This document shows positions 19,807 through 29,299 of a stretch of DNA of 64,000 nucleotides, piece by piece. Position numbers and translations under genes: made by a program. The stretch comes from Oscillospiraceae bacterium (lineage in GTDB: Bacteria; Bacillota; Clostridia; Oscillospirales; CAG-272), in NCBI GenBank assembly GCA_015064395.1, contig SVSH01000006.1, positions 14,114-78,113 on the forward strand, written 5' to 3'. The notes beneath the pieces are model-generated. The model was not told the DNA's origin. It made no database searches and worked only from the letters and a program-made list of their open reading frames with translations. Positions within the stretch are counted from its first letter, which is position 1. Every line of letters starts with the position of its first letter.

Positions 19807-22800
19807 TTACCAGTCGAGCTTCTTCTTGCCCAGTCTTGCGGCGTTGATCAGGGCCAAGTCTACCGCGGTAAACTTGCCGTCGCCGTTAACGTCGCAAGCA
19901 ATCTCCTGTTCTTTGGTGAGCGCTTCGCTCTTGCCCAAAATAAACTGTTGCAGTTTCGTGACGTCGTCGGCTTCAATCTTACCGTTGCCATCCAGGTCTC
20001 CGGCCATGATGATCTTGACCTCGGTGGCTCCTTTAGGAATCGCGAAGATATACTCACTTTCCGCCTCGGTCGCGAAAGTAGAAACAGCGTAGGGGTTTAC
20101 CTTGGCTTCAATCACATGATACTTGCCATCCTTCAAGTAGGCAACCTTACAGGTGACGGCGGCCTTGACAGACAGCACACGACCTATGATCTCGGTCACA
20201 ACCTCCGTCTTGGTTTCATTTTTAATGATCTCTTCAGATACCAACGGATTTTTCAGGCGGCCGAATTCGTCGAACGTGTAGGTTCCGGCGTCAACATATG
20301 TATGGGCTTTAGTGTCATTTACAAACGTAGTTACATTCTTCTCAATGGTTCCGTTGCTACCGTTAATCAGGTAAATATGTCCGTCATCGGCCTGTGCCAA
20401 ACCACCAACGTTACAGTACACACCATTCTGCAAAAAGTAACTATTATCTCCTACATGCCACACATTGGTATAGTCTTCCTGAAGAGCTCCTTTGTCATCA
20501 AAAAGATGGTATCTATATACGCTAGACTCCCTCAAGGGAACACTGGCATATCCAGTAGCAACAAAGAAGGGGTGATGCTTTTCTGCCCAATATGCCTTTC
20601 CATCCACCTCATACCAGCCATTTAGCCATTGACCTGCCCATCTATACCGATATCCGCTTCTTTTAGCAACGGCATCATACTCACTAACCAATGCGCCTCG
20701 CACAAGAATATGGTCCACAAAAGTGTAGGTATAGTCGTTAGTCTGCATAGAGTTGGCGTTTTCCCGGAGCGTAACAATGCCATCTGCAGCTTTACCAGAA
20801 CCGGGCAGGAAATAATAGTTGTTCCCACCAAATTCCCGCCAACCAGTCTGGGCTACGCCAAGAGTAGCATAAAAAAGATCTTCACCCAGTTCAATCAGAC
20901 CGGTGACGCCCCGCTCGTCGACCAGCTTTCCATTCTCATCAAATTCATAGAAGCGAAGTTTAGTGGAATCGTGGCGGTCAGTGACCAGTTGCGTGCCGGT
21001 AAGTGCTACATTATCCTTATAGAAGTAGTACTCACCATCCTCTTCCTGCCATCCCTGACGAATCTCAAGGTCAACAACGTAGCTATCCGCGAAGTCTAAA
21101 TATTGGCTGGAAAAATGTCCGCCATGGTCATGGTCATCCTTACGGCAACCATTAGGATATTTCTCATCACTATGCTCAAAAGGATAGAGACCAAATTGAG
21201 CTTGATTTGCGGGATCGGAAGCAAAGCTGTGCAATGCGGTGGTTGCAAGATAGATGTCATAAGACACCGTTCCGTTATTGGTAATAACAACCTCGTTGTT
21301 GAAATAGCTTGCCGTATCCTTTACCGTAGCAGTAATGCCAGCCAAGATACACAAAGGATTGGCTGTGGCGGGGTCAATGCTCTGCGTCTGGTCTTTCCAA
21401 TTGCACACCACTGTCAACACGTTGTTTTCATCAAGATTTGCTCGGGTTATTTCAAAGTAATCGGTAATCACCTTAAGGCCCGAAATATCCACATCAAGCT
21501 CGGGACTGAATTCTGCTCGAATGGTAACGTTGGTTTGGACACATATACGTTCCGCGAAGCCAAGCAACATATCCCAAGCAGTAGCGTTCGGATTGGTGTA
21601 GTTTTCCAACATGCCCTTCAAGCCTTCCAGTTGCTCGGGCATTGCAATCGCTGTCATATCCAAAGCGAAGGTATACTTAATCTCAACCGGCTTTGTGGGA
21701 TCCGTGATACGATACAGCTGATTGTCCGTGGAACGCGCATTTTCGATCTCTCGCAGCCAAGCCAAATTACGATTGCCCAACGTCGCGTTATCAAAATCGA
21801 AGGTTGCCTCATCCTTGTGGTACAAATTAACAGTTGCCATTGCACCTTTAAAATCATTTCCGATCCGCAAGCCAGCCATCACATTTGTCACACGAACGCC
21901 CTTGTCTTGTTTGCCCGTAAAAGTAAATCCGTTGATGACACCCGCATCCGAAGTGAGTTTGAGTTGAGGCTGTCCGTTTTCATCAAAACTGTAATCAAAA
22001 AACACGAACGCATCTCTCATCGGCGTAAACGCTACGGGAGAACCTTGATACCAAACGGTAACCTCGATTTCCTTGGGCTGACCATAGATAGCAGTAATTC
22101 TATCTTCTACGAAGGTAATATCATCAGGAGTGACGACGTTGATCTTTTTGGTACCAACAACCTCGCCATCTACAATAAATTGAACGGTTACTTCACCATT
22201 AGCTCGTGCAGTAAAAACGCCCTTATCTTTGTCAATCGTACCAACGGTTTCATCCGATACACTCCAATATGATCCGTCAGGAATCACTGCCGCGTTACCC
22301 GTATTACTAACACCAATAACATTCATCGGCATCGAGGTTCCTACCGTAATATATTCATATTGGGAAGAAATCACCGCCTCGCTTAATTTGGTTGAGGGTT
22401 CCGCTGTGGAGACAGCCACAAGAGATACTGCAACCAAGCGCTGATAGCCGTCAGAAGGACGGTTGATCAACTGGATGTTGTCACTACCTGCGGGCTTTGA
22501 CAGATAAGTCGTAGAGCCACCGCCATCGAGGTTGATAGCATGAACACAGCCAGCCTCCAGCATAACCTGGGCAATCTCTTCCATGGACCCGCCGGCGGAG
22601 AAAGGCTGCTGACGGCCGTCCATGACCATCATAACAACCTTGCCATCTCCCGTAATACCGACAGCAGTACGGCTTGCTCTAGCTGCAGTATAATTAGGAT
22701 TCGCAGTAACGTTAATTACGCCATCTTTCACCAAAACTGCGCCAAAACCGCCAATTGCTTCCTTAATACGGCTCTTATAAGTATCATACTCAGCTTTTGT

Positions 22801-24174
22801 TCCAATTACAGCACTACCGTCATCCAAAATGGCAAAGAAACCATCGTGGTCAACGCCATACCATTCTTTTCCATCCATAACCAGTAGCCCGCCAGGGGTA
22901 CCGTTATAGATGTTATAACCATCTCCGTTGGTAGCGACAACGGGCGTAAAATATTCATACAACGGCTGGCCATTTTCATCCTTTTTATTTTTGTAATTCT
23001 CAACCAGTGCGTTGGTCTGATCCATAACCGTCTGCAAGCCCCAACCCTTGGAAGGATCGTTGTCCCTATAGTTGGCCATGATCATAACGTCCTTGCGGGT
23101 CACATCCACAGTTGCAACATAATATACGATTTGCTTACCGTCTACGGTTTGAGCATATTTAATATTCTGTGTAATACCGGGGGCAAGAGTGGTAACTGTA
23201 TCAGAAAACACAGAATAGTAACCATTACCCTCGGTTTCATCCTCGTTTCGCTCAACCAGTTTGCCTTGCGCCTTTTCATAAATATAATCAGCAACTGCAT
23301 AGCAGCACGCCTCGCGGAGTGCATTATAAGAGCTTAATCCGCGCTTCGCTTCCAGCAATTTGATACCTACGTCGGCAGAATATGCCTCATAAATTGCTTT
23401 GCGAACAGCTGCTTTACTGTCTTCCACGCCAAAACGATTGTTCATGAAGTATACCGTACGAACAGTATCATCCAACTGCGTTGTCTCAGGAGTTTTGTAA
23501 TAACTCTCCATGATCTCGCTGAACTTCTTTTCACCATTAGCATTTCGATACTCCGAAATCAGGTAATAGGCGTCCATATCGCCCCAGAAATCATCCCAAC
23601 CAAACGCTTCGGATGCGTCTACGCCTAAACAGTTCTTACGAATATAAGCTGCCATGTCCTCCACAGAGCCCGTGATCGTGCCAAGTTCCTTGCAATAGCG
23701 CAGCAAGTCACACAAATCCCCCGCCCAACCGGAAAGATCTGCTGATTTGGGGGCATAGTAAGAGATATTCATGCAACCAAACATGTGCCCGAAATCCACC
23801 TTGTTCCCGTTAGGAAGCTTAAAGTCCTTGGTTACAATATCACGAAGATCCATAACAGACGTTCCCATTTCGGTGTCCCTCGTCTCCACATAGCTTGTAA
23901 AGCCTACAATTTCAGCACCCGCCAGTTTCGTCCATTCTTCGTCCAAGTATCGCTCGACACCCGTACGAACAAAGTTGAGAACTAGCTCGCCCGCATCTCT
24001 AAGAGAAGCTTTAGCATACTCATCCGCATAGACCTCGAGCTGCTTGAATTTGGTCATAAAATCCTCATAGGTAGTTACGCTGCCTGCTGCAAAAACCTGC
24101 ATAGGAGCCACTGCCACGACCATCAAAACAGCCAGGATAAATGTTACCAATCTTTTTGAAATTTTCTTAAGCAT
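19807..24174 (-). CDS. Secreted phosphodiester glycosidase (NAGPA/PF09992-like) with Big_2 Ig-like domain, cell-wall-binding repeats and C-terminal dockerin
   Basis: I prefer ATG 24174 (AAGAGG upstream; MLKKISKRLVTFILAVLMVVAVAPMQVFA/AGS). The NAGPA-like core (~22490-23100) reads GFGAVLVKDGVIN...RTAVGITGDGKVVMMVMDGRQ...GCVHAINLDGGGSTTY. The Big_2-like segment reads VSDETVGTIDKDKGVFTARANGEVTVQ. YYFYKDNVALTG- and YYFLPGSGKAADG-type repeats lie at ~20250-21060. Confidence 0.85.
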   Translation of the reverse strand: MLKKISKRLVTFILAVLMVVAVAPMQVFAAGSVTTYEDFMTKFKQLEVYADEYAKASLRDAGELVLNFVRTGVERYLDEEWTKLAGAEIVGFTSYVETRDTEMGTSVMDLRDIVTKDFKLPNGNKVDFGHMFGCMNISYYAPKSADLSGWAGDLCDLLRYCKELGTITGSVEDMAAYIRKNCLGVDASEAFGWDDFWGDMDAYYLISEYRNANGEKKFSEIMESYYKTPETTQLDDTVRTVYFMNNRFGVEDSKAAVRKAIYEAYSADVGIKLLEAKRGLSSYNALREACCYAVADYIYEKAQGKLVERNEDETEGNGYYSVFSDTVTTLAPGITQNIKYAQTVDGKQIVYYVATVDVTRKDVMIMANYRDNDPSKGWGLQTVMDQTNALVENYKNKKDENGQPLYEYFTPVVATNGDGYNIYNGTPGGLLVMDGKEWYGVDHDGFFAILDDGSAVIGTKAEYDTYKSRIKEAIGGFGAVLVKDGVINVTANPNYTAARASRTAVGITGDGKVVMMVMDGRQQPFSAGGSMEEIAQVMLEAGCVHAINLDGGGSTTYLSKPAGSDNIQLINRPSDGYQRLVAVSLVAVSTAEPSTKLSEAVISSQYEYITVGTSMPMNVIGVSNTGNAAVIPDGSYWSVSDETVGTIDKDKGVFTARANGEVTVQFIVDGEVVGTKKINVVTPDDITFVEDRITAIYGQPKEIEVTVWYQGSPVAFTPMRDAFVFFDYSFDENGQPQLKLTSDAGVINGFTFTGKQDKGVRVTNVMAGLRIGNDFKGAMATVNLYHKDEATFDFDNATLGNRNLAWLREIENARSTDNQLYRITDPTKPVEIKYTFALDMTAIAMPEQLEGLKGMLENYTNPNATAWDMLLGFAERICVQTNVTIRAEFSPELDVDISGLKVITDYFEITRANLDENNVLTVVCNWKDQTQSIDPATANPLCILAGITATVKDTASYFNNEVVITNNGTVSYDIYLATTALHSFASDPANQAQFGLYPFEHSDEKYPNGCRKDDHDHGGHFSSQYLDFADSYVVDLEIRQGWQEEDGEYYFYKDNVALTGTQLVTDRHDSTKLRFYEFDENGKLVDERGVTGLIELGEDLFYATLGVAQTGWREFGGNNYYFLPGSGKAADGIVTLRENANSMQTNDYTYTFVDHILVRGALVSEYDAVAKRSGYRYRWAGQWLNGWYEVDGKAYWAEKHHPFFVATGYASVPLRESSVYRYHLFDDKGALQEDYTNVWHVGDNSYFLQNGVYCNVGGLAQADDGHIYLINGSNGTIEKNVTTFVNDTKAHTYVDAGTYTFDEFGRLKNPLVSEEIIKNETKTEVVTEIIGRVLSVKAAVTCKVAYLKDGKYHVIEAKVNPYAVSTFATEAESEYIFAIPKGATEVKIIMAGDLDGNGKIEADDVTKLQQFILGKSEALTKEQEIACDVNGDGKFTAVDLALINAARLGKKKLDW
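19831..20001 (-). other. Dockerin of the NAGPA-like protein
   Basis: GDLDGNGKIEADDVTKLQQFILGK...[22 protein letters not shown]. Confidence 0.8.
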
Positions 24175-24266
24175 AATTTCAAACCTCTTTCTTATAAAAT
24201 GGGGTTTATCTAACACAAGAATGCCTGTCATTCTTGAGAATATTGGGGTTTATTGAGAAATCTATT

Positions 24267-25436
24267 TTACAGACCCAGCGCTGCTTCCCATTGGGAAAAA
24301 GCCAGATCGTTATTCTCTCTTATTTGTTCTATATCGTTCGGTTTTCCGCGTGAAACAGCCAACTCGGCAACAATCCTATGTAGAGCCACGTTGATCGCCT
24401 CTTGCGTGTTTTCACACACCCAACCGCACTGCCGCTCTGTGACCATATCGTGGGCCGAGGTGGTTTTCGTCGTCAAGATCGGAAGTCCCAGCGCACGCGC
24501 CTCGTCGATGACCATCGGGGCAGCTTCGTGGTACGACGTCATGAGCAAAAGGTCGGCGTTTTTCATATATCGGTAGGGGTTGCCCTGCTCTCCGTGGAAA
24601 ATCACCCGATCGGACACGTCAAGATCTTCAGCCAGCAAGCGGAGCCGTTCGTGTTCTCCACCCTCTCCAACAAGGTGAAGGCAGGCGCGTGCACCCTGTG
24701 CATTCACGTGGGCCAGTGCGCGGATCGCGCGATCAATTCCCTTCTCGCCCGACAGCCTTGAAACCATCAACAGATGAACGAACTCTACATTATTGTATAT
24801 AACGCTGTTCTCGTCTGCCATGGCGTATATCTCATCGAACCTATGAAAATTGCGAACAGTCACGCATTTGCCTTCAAGCTGTGGGAGCACCGACAACAAG
24901 GCGCGGCGGCAACCGTCAGAGCAGGCTACGATCCGATCAAACTGTTCAATCTGCCGATTGTTCTCCGGATTGTCGGCACCGCAATTCCGATAATCACCGT
25001 GAAGGAACGCAATTTTTTGCTTCGCTTTTACACAGCGCAGGACAAAATCCTGAACGCCGCCATAAAACGACTTTGCTCTTCCGTTGTGTAAATATGAAAT
25101 CGCGCAATCGTAAGTTTCCTCGAGTTCCAGTTGATGACAAGTCATTCTAGCCAGGACTTTTGCTCTTCCAAATACCCGGCTAAGCAAAGCCAGCATTCCT
25201 CTTTTTAGGAAATCCACGCCCCGACATTCGCCCTGGCTCATGCCAAGATAACGGAAGGGACCGCAAACCTCTACGATCTTTACAGAAGGCGGCAGACGGT
25301 CTACGTATGTCCCACGCTTTTGGAATAAACAAAGAGTCACGTCGTATTTCCCGTCAATTCCCCAAAGAAGATTGTACAGGCTTTTTTGCACGCCCCCAAC
25401 CTTCATGTTGTTGTTGACAATAATAATTTTTTTCAT
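24267..25436 (-). CDS. Glycosyltransferase family 4 (GT-B, GT1/GT4 type)
   Basis: 389 aa. MKKIIIVNNNMKVGGVQKS N-terminus and a C-terminal EAAPMVIDEARALGLPILTT (E-x7-E region). ATGA overlap with the upstream gene. Confidence 0.85.
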   Translation of the reverse strand: MKKIIIVNNNMKVGGVQKSLYNLLWGIDGKYDVTLCLFQKRGTYVDRLPPSVKIVEVCGPFRYLGMSQGECRGVDFLKRGMLALLSRVFGRAKVLARMTCHQLELEETYDCAISYLHNGRAKSFYGGVQDFVLRCVKAKQKIAFLHGDYRNCGADNPENNRQIEQFDRIVACSDGCRRALLSVLPQLEGKCVTVRNFHRFDEIYAMADENSVIYNNVEFVHLLMVSRLSGEKGIDRAIRALAHVNAQGARACLHLVGEGGEHERLRLLAEDLDVSDRVIFHGEQGNPYRYMKNADLLLMTSYHEAAPMVIDEARALGLPILTTKTTSAHDMVTERQCGWVCENTQEAINVALHRIVAELAVSRGKPNDIEQIRENNDLAFSQWEAALGL

Positions 25437-26230
25437 ACGCCACTCGAATAGGGCTTCATGGTTTTGCCGGCGCGCACACCCGCATATACCAACTGCAAGC
25501 GCTTGAGGGGACCGATCTTCGTTTCTCGTTTGAAATGCAAGCCAAAATACAGAGCCATCAAATATGCGGTTTTAGGAAATAATTTGCGGACTAGCACTCC
25601 CTTATCATAGAAATACTTTTCGTTATATCCCGCAAACCAGGATGAGGTGTCCTTGCAGCAAGAACCCAAAACGTAATTGTGAGAGTAAACCTTCAGTCCG
25701 GCATCAAAGCAAGCCTTCAGGAAAAGGCTATCCTCGCCCGCGCTAAAGGGGCATCCGCCACCAAAGCGCTGGTGAAACGTAATGTTGTGGTCGAGCAAAG
25801 CCTTTCTTCTTACAGCAATCCGAACTGTGCCATATTTCATGGCATTCCATCGACGCAACCGATGAATTGGGCCTCTCCTCTTTTCCGTTATCATTCCATT
25901 CTTCAAAATGTCAATGCCGAATACTATAACATCAGCCGAGGGAAGAAGCGCGAAGGCATCCTCCACGGCCTGTGGCATATCGTCATAATATACCATATCG
26001 TCATCGGAAAAAAGAAGAATTTCCTCTGTAGCGGCAAGTAATGCAATATTACGGTTCAGCCCTACGCCGCGGGTCTTGGTTATGATCATCTTACACTCAC
26101 CAAAGGCGGTCTTTTGCGTAATGATCTCCTCGCGGTCGGCTTGATTGGCAACAACGGCAGAGCAGCGTATATTCATTTTTTGAATGATCGATGCATCAGT
26201 CTGATGCATAGTAGCAACCAGGACTTGCAT
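25433..26230 (-). CDS. Glycosyltransferase family 2-like
   Basis: 265 aa. MQVLVATMHQTD...NRNIALLAATEEILLFSDDDMVY contains a DxD-type motif. Confidence 0.75.
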   Translation of the reverse strand: MQVLVATMHQTDASIIQKMNIRCSAVVANQADREEIITQKTAFGECKMIITKTRGVGLNRNIALLAATEEILLFSDDDMVYYDDMPQAVEDAFALLPSADVIVFGIDILKNGMITEKRRGPIHRLRRWNAMKYGTVRIAVRRKALLDHNITFHQRFGGGCPFSAGEDSLFLKACFDAGLKVYSHNYVLGSCCKDTSSWFAGYNEKYFYDKGVLVRKLFPKTAYLMALYFGLHFKRETKIGPLKRLQLVYAGVRAGKTMKPYSSGV

Positions 26231-26270
26231 AATCGCCGCAGAGCCTCCCTTCGCATATCCGTAGAGTATC

Positions 26271-27164
26271 TTAACGAATACTTCTCGTTAAAACCTCAAA
26301 CTTTAACTCTTTTTGATACTCCCGATACTCCTCATAGGAATGGTCAAGGTCAATGAGCACCGCGTGCTGCTTGATCCTACGCTCCTCGGGAGGGGGGAGC
26401 TGCATATAATCACCGTAAAGGATCGTCAATAGTTCATGCGAGTGAACGGGAACAGGAAATTCGCCATCCTCAAATGTCCTTGCAATCACCTCACGAAAAT
26501 ATTCTCTGGGATAAACGTTTTTGGAATAACTGGATGCCGCTCCGAAGAACGTATGTACATACTTACTCTTGGCGGATCCGCTGCGTGCGATCGCCCGAAA
26601 CGGTGCCATCGGTAACAGCCGGCACATTCCCATAAACAGCTTTTTCTTTTTATCTTGGGTCTCATATCCACGCCGCCAAAGGGATTTGGCAATCACCACC
26701 TTGGAGGCAAGGAACTGAATCTTTCTTCCCAATGCCGTGTTGTAAGCACGATCACAAGGGAAAATATCCATGTACACCCCCTGATGCGTCAGGGGATCCT
26801 TGGGATGATACGTCTCCAAGCAGGTCGTGTTGTTCAGGCGCAATTTGGAAAAGAACATCGGCCAATGCTCGGAAAATTCCTTTTGCAGGAAGAAGGTCTT
26901 CTTATCCAGCACCGCAGGCGCCTCTCGGAGAAATCTTTCGTAATCCTCCCGCATCATCACCACATCAACGTCGTCATCCCAGGGAATGAAGCCCCCGTGG
27001 CGAATCGCCCCCAGCATCGTGCCGGAAAACAACAGATAGGGGATATTCAGATGACGACATACGCGGTCAAATTCGCGCAAAAGCAAACATAATGCTTGTA
27101 AGTGTGCATGGTGAAGGTCCTTCTGCTTTGGGGCGTGCAATTGAAGTTCATCGTTTTTCATCAT
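26271..27164 (-). CDS. licD: LicD-family phosphotransferase (phosphocholine / phospho-alcohol transfer to glycan)
   Basis: LFSGTMLGAIRHGGFIPWDDDVDVVMMREDYERF is the LicD signature. I prefer the start at MMKND (ATG 27164), which overlaps the upstream stop, over the longer track ORF. Confidence 0.85.
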   Translation of the reverse strand: MMKNDELQLHAPKQKDLHHAHLQALCLLLREFDRVCRHLNIPYLLFSGTMLGAIRHGGFIPWDDDVDVVMMREDYERFLREAPAVLDKKTFFLQKEFSEHWPMFFSKLRLNNTTCLETYHPKDPLTHQGVYMDIFPCDRAYNTALGRKIQFLASKVVIAKSLWRRGYETQDKKKKLFMGMCRLLPMAPFRAIARSGSAKSKYVHTFFGAASSYSKNVYPREYFREVIARTFEDGEFPVPVHSHELLTILYGDYMQLPPPEERRIKQHAVLIDLDHSYEEYREYQKELKFEVLTRSIR

Positions 27165-27940
27165 ATCTTTTTGTATTTGTCCATTGCTAAAAGCGCATAT
27201 CGCACAATTAATTTTATGCTCTTGACAAATGGTTCCTTCATATATTGACGATAGATCTTCCACCTTTCCACTGCGCTTCGCCATTTGTTAAAAGAACGAG
27301 ATCCAGGTAAAATTCTATATTCTGCCAAAACCTCAGGCACACCACACGCGGACTTTTGATCACGCATAAGTTCCAACCACAGCAGCAAATCTTCATGATA
27401 ATAGTCTGTACGAAAGGAATAATTATCAACAATGCTTTTTGACAACAATGCTGTTGAGCAACTCACAACACTTCTGACCAACATGCCATCATAATCAATC
27501 CTGTCCGGGACAATAAAGTCATTGCATGTCTTTCGACCATTTTCATCAATGATCGCATACGAGCAATAGATGATCTCCGCTCCTGTATTTTGGGCCAGTG
27601 ATATTTGCTTTTCCAACTTATTGGGCAACCAAACATCATCGCTATCCAAAAGAGCGACAAATTGTCCTCGACTCAATTCAAAACCACGATTTCTTGTTTT
27701 AGCAACTCCCATGTTCATGGGATTTCTGATCAACTCAATTCGAGCATCCTCATGAGACAAAGCTTCAACAACTCCAGGTGTTGAATCTGTTGATCCATCA
27801 TCTATGACGAGTAGTTCCCAATTTTGATATGTCTGGGCCATTACCGAACGAATCGCCGTTTCTATATATCGTTCGCAATTATACGCGGGCATAATAACAG
27901 AGACCAACAATTGTTCTCCATTTACCATCTCCTGCTTCAT
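27161..27940 (-). CDS. Glycosyltransferase family 2
   Basis: VSVIMPAYNCERYIETAIRSVMAQTYQNWELLVIDDGSTDST...ALLDSDDVW. Confidence 0.9.
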   Translation of the reverse strand: MKQEMVNGEQLLVSVIMPAYNCERYIETAIRSVMAQTYQNWELLVIDDGSTDSTPGVVEALSHEDARIELIRNPMNMGVAKTRNRGFELSRGQFVALLDSDDVWLPNKLEKQISLAQNTGAEIIYCSYAIIDENGRKTCNDFIVPDRIDYDGMLVRSVVSCSTALLSKSIVDNYSFRTDYYHEDLLLWLELMRDQKSACGVPEVLAEYRILPGSRSFNKWRSAVERWKIYRQYMKEPFVKSIKLIVRYALLAMDKYKKI

Positions 27941-29286
27941 TGTTTGACCTCCGCTTGATTTGACTGCACAGATTCCATCTTCTCGTCTTGTCGCGACAGA
28001 AAGATCACACCAACACAGACATACATCGGCATCAGGAAAAATTCATCAGAGAATAACATATCCAAGCCTAACCACGGGCCCAAGGTACCGATCATCAGAA
28101 CCGCAATCTGTGCGAAATGCTTCCATCCGATTGAGATGTCACGCAAAAGGGTACGGACATGACAAACAAACCATGCAGCCAAAAGCGATAACCCAAGCAA
28201 TCCAAACTGATATACGCATTGAATCAAAACATTATGTGCGCCTCGACCATTGAGCAAAACATTAGAAAGACCTTTTCCAAAAAACAGCAATTTAGGATCA
28301 CCAAACAAAGAATTCAAATATTGGTTCCACAATCTTGTTCTGCCCGTAGTGAAATCAGCCAGGTTATTATCATAACTTAAACGAGCCAAAAACATCGCAA
28401 CCTGATCCGTAAAGATAGTCGAAGCCAACAAGAACGCAACACCAACCAACAATGTCATCAGGATTGTGATCTTAACTGTGAATTTTCCTCTTTCAAGCAT
28501 AAGAGCAAAAAACCAAAACAGAGTCAGGGCAACAGCAATCACTAAAAAGGATTTGGAAACACCAAGCGAACCACAATACACCAACATTACCGCCATGACC
28601 ATCAACCAGAAGATCCTACGTTTTTTGGCACTGTTAAGCATTAACACCAAAACGCCACCCAGAGCTGCTGTGATATGCGCCGAGTAGAAGTTGGGATCAC
28701 TGTAAAATCCTGAATACCTAATAATTCCGGAATGCTCAAGCTGCTGAATGTATTGTCTAATCGAGGGGAAGATAACCAGGTACTGCGCCGTAATTGCCGC
28801 TATGACAATTCCCAACGTAAAACATGTGGTCAAATAGTAGAAGTCATACTTCTCTCTCAGTTCTCTCGTGAAGAAAGGAACCAGCAGTATAGATGCAAAA
28901 AAGAGAATGAAACTATTGTCGATCGAATATCCGTACAGCGTTTTTACCACCAAAGCCAAAGCCGCCAGGGCAAGTCCCGGGACCATGTGGTTGATATTAA
29001 TATTCTTTATTCCCTTCACCGCATAGATAACATATACGATCAGTAGCGCCACGGTATAAAAGGAGATCATACCGGGACGGAATTTCAGCAAAGAAGCAAA
29101 GGGCATGAAGAACAGGAGTGTAGGCAACGCCATTCCCTGAAAAGCCGCCCAAACGATCAACACAAGGAAGCAAGCCAAGCAAGGCAGCAACAACAGCGTG
29201 CTACCCATGGTCTGTGCAATCAAAAGCCATATGACCTCTATGATACACATTCCAATTGAAATGATTCTTGATTGAACAGTTACCAT
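27937..29286 (-). CDS. wzy: Wzy-type polysaccharide polymerase / O-antigen-ligase-like membrane protein
   Basis: 449-aa AT-rich ORF with about 10-12 TM segments and one larger loop (SYDNNLADFTTGRTRLWNQYL). Positioned next to GT genes. Confidence 0.7.
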   Translation of the reverse strand: MVTVQSRIISIGMCIIEVIWLLIAQTMGSTLLLLPCLACFLVLIVWAAFQGMALPTLLFFMPFASLLKFRPGMISFYTVALLIVYVIYAVKGIKNININHMVPGLALAALALVVKTLYGYSIDNSFILFFASILLVPFFTRELREKYDFYYLTTCFTLGIVIAAITAQYLVIFPSIRQYIQQLEHSGIIRYSGFYSDPNFYSAHITAALGGVLVLMLNSAKKRRIFWLMVMAVMLVYCGSLGVSKSFLVIAVALTLFWFFALMLERGKFTVKITILMTLLVGVAFLLASTIFTDQVAMFLARLSYDNNLADFTTGRTRLWNQYLNSLFGDPKLLFFGKGLSNVLLNGRGAHNVLIQCVYQFGLLGLSLLAAWFVCHVRTLLRDISIGWKHFAQIAVLMIGTLGPWLGLDMLFSDEFFLMPMYVCVGVIFLSRQDEKMESVQSNQAEVKQ

Positions 29287-29299
29287 AACTCAGCAAACC

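Noticed and set aside
5765-24174. Calling the block a cellulosome or amylosome
   Set aside because: I recognise no glycoside hydrolase, CBM3 or amylase catalytic module in any of the five proteins. Only the assembly logic (cohesin-like plus dockerin) is cellulosome-like.
5765-24174. Mobile-element origin of the 18.4-kb surface-protein block
   Set aside because: I could see no transposase, integrase, recombinase, terminal inverted repeats or target-site duplication at either boundary. The genes are co-oriented and tightly spaced with the capsule genes.
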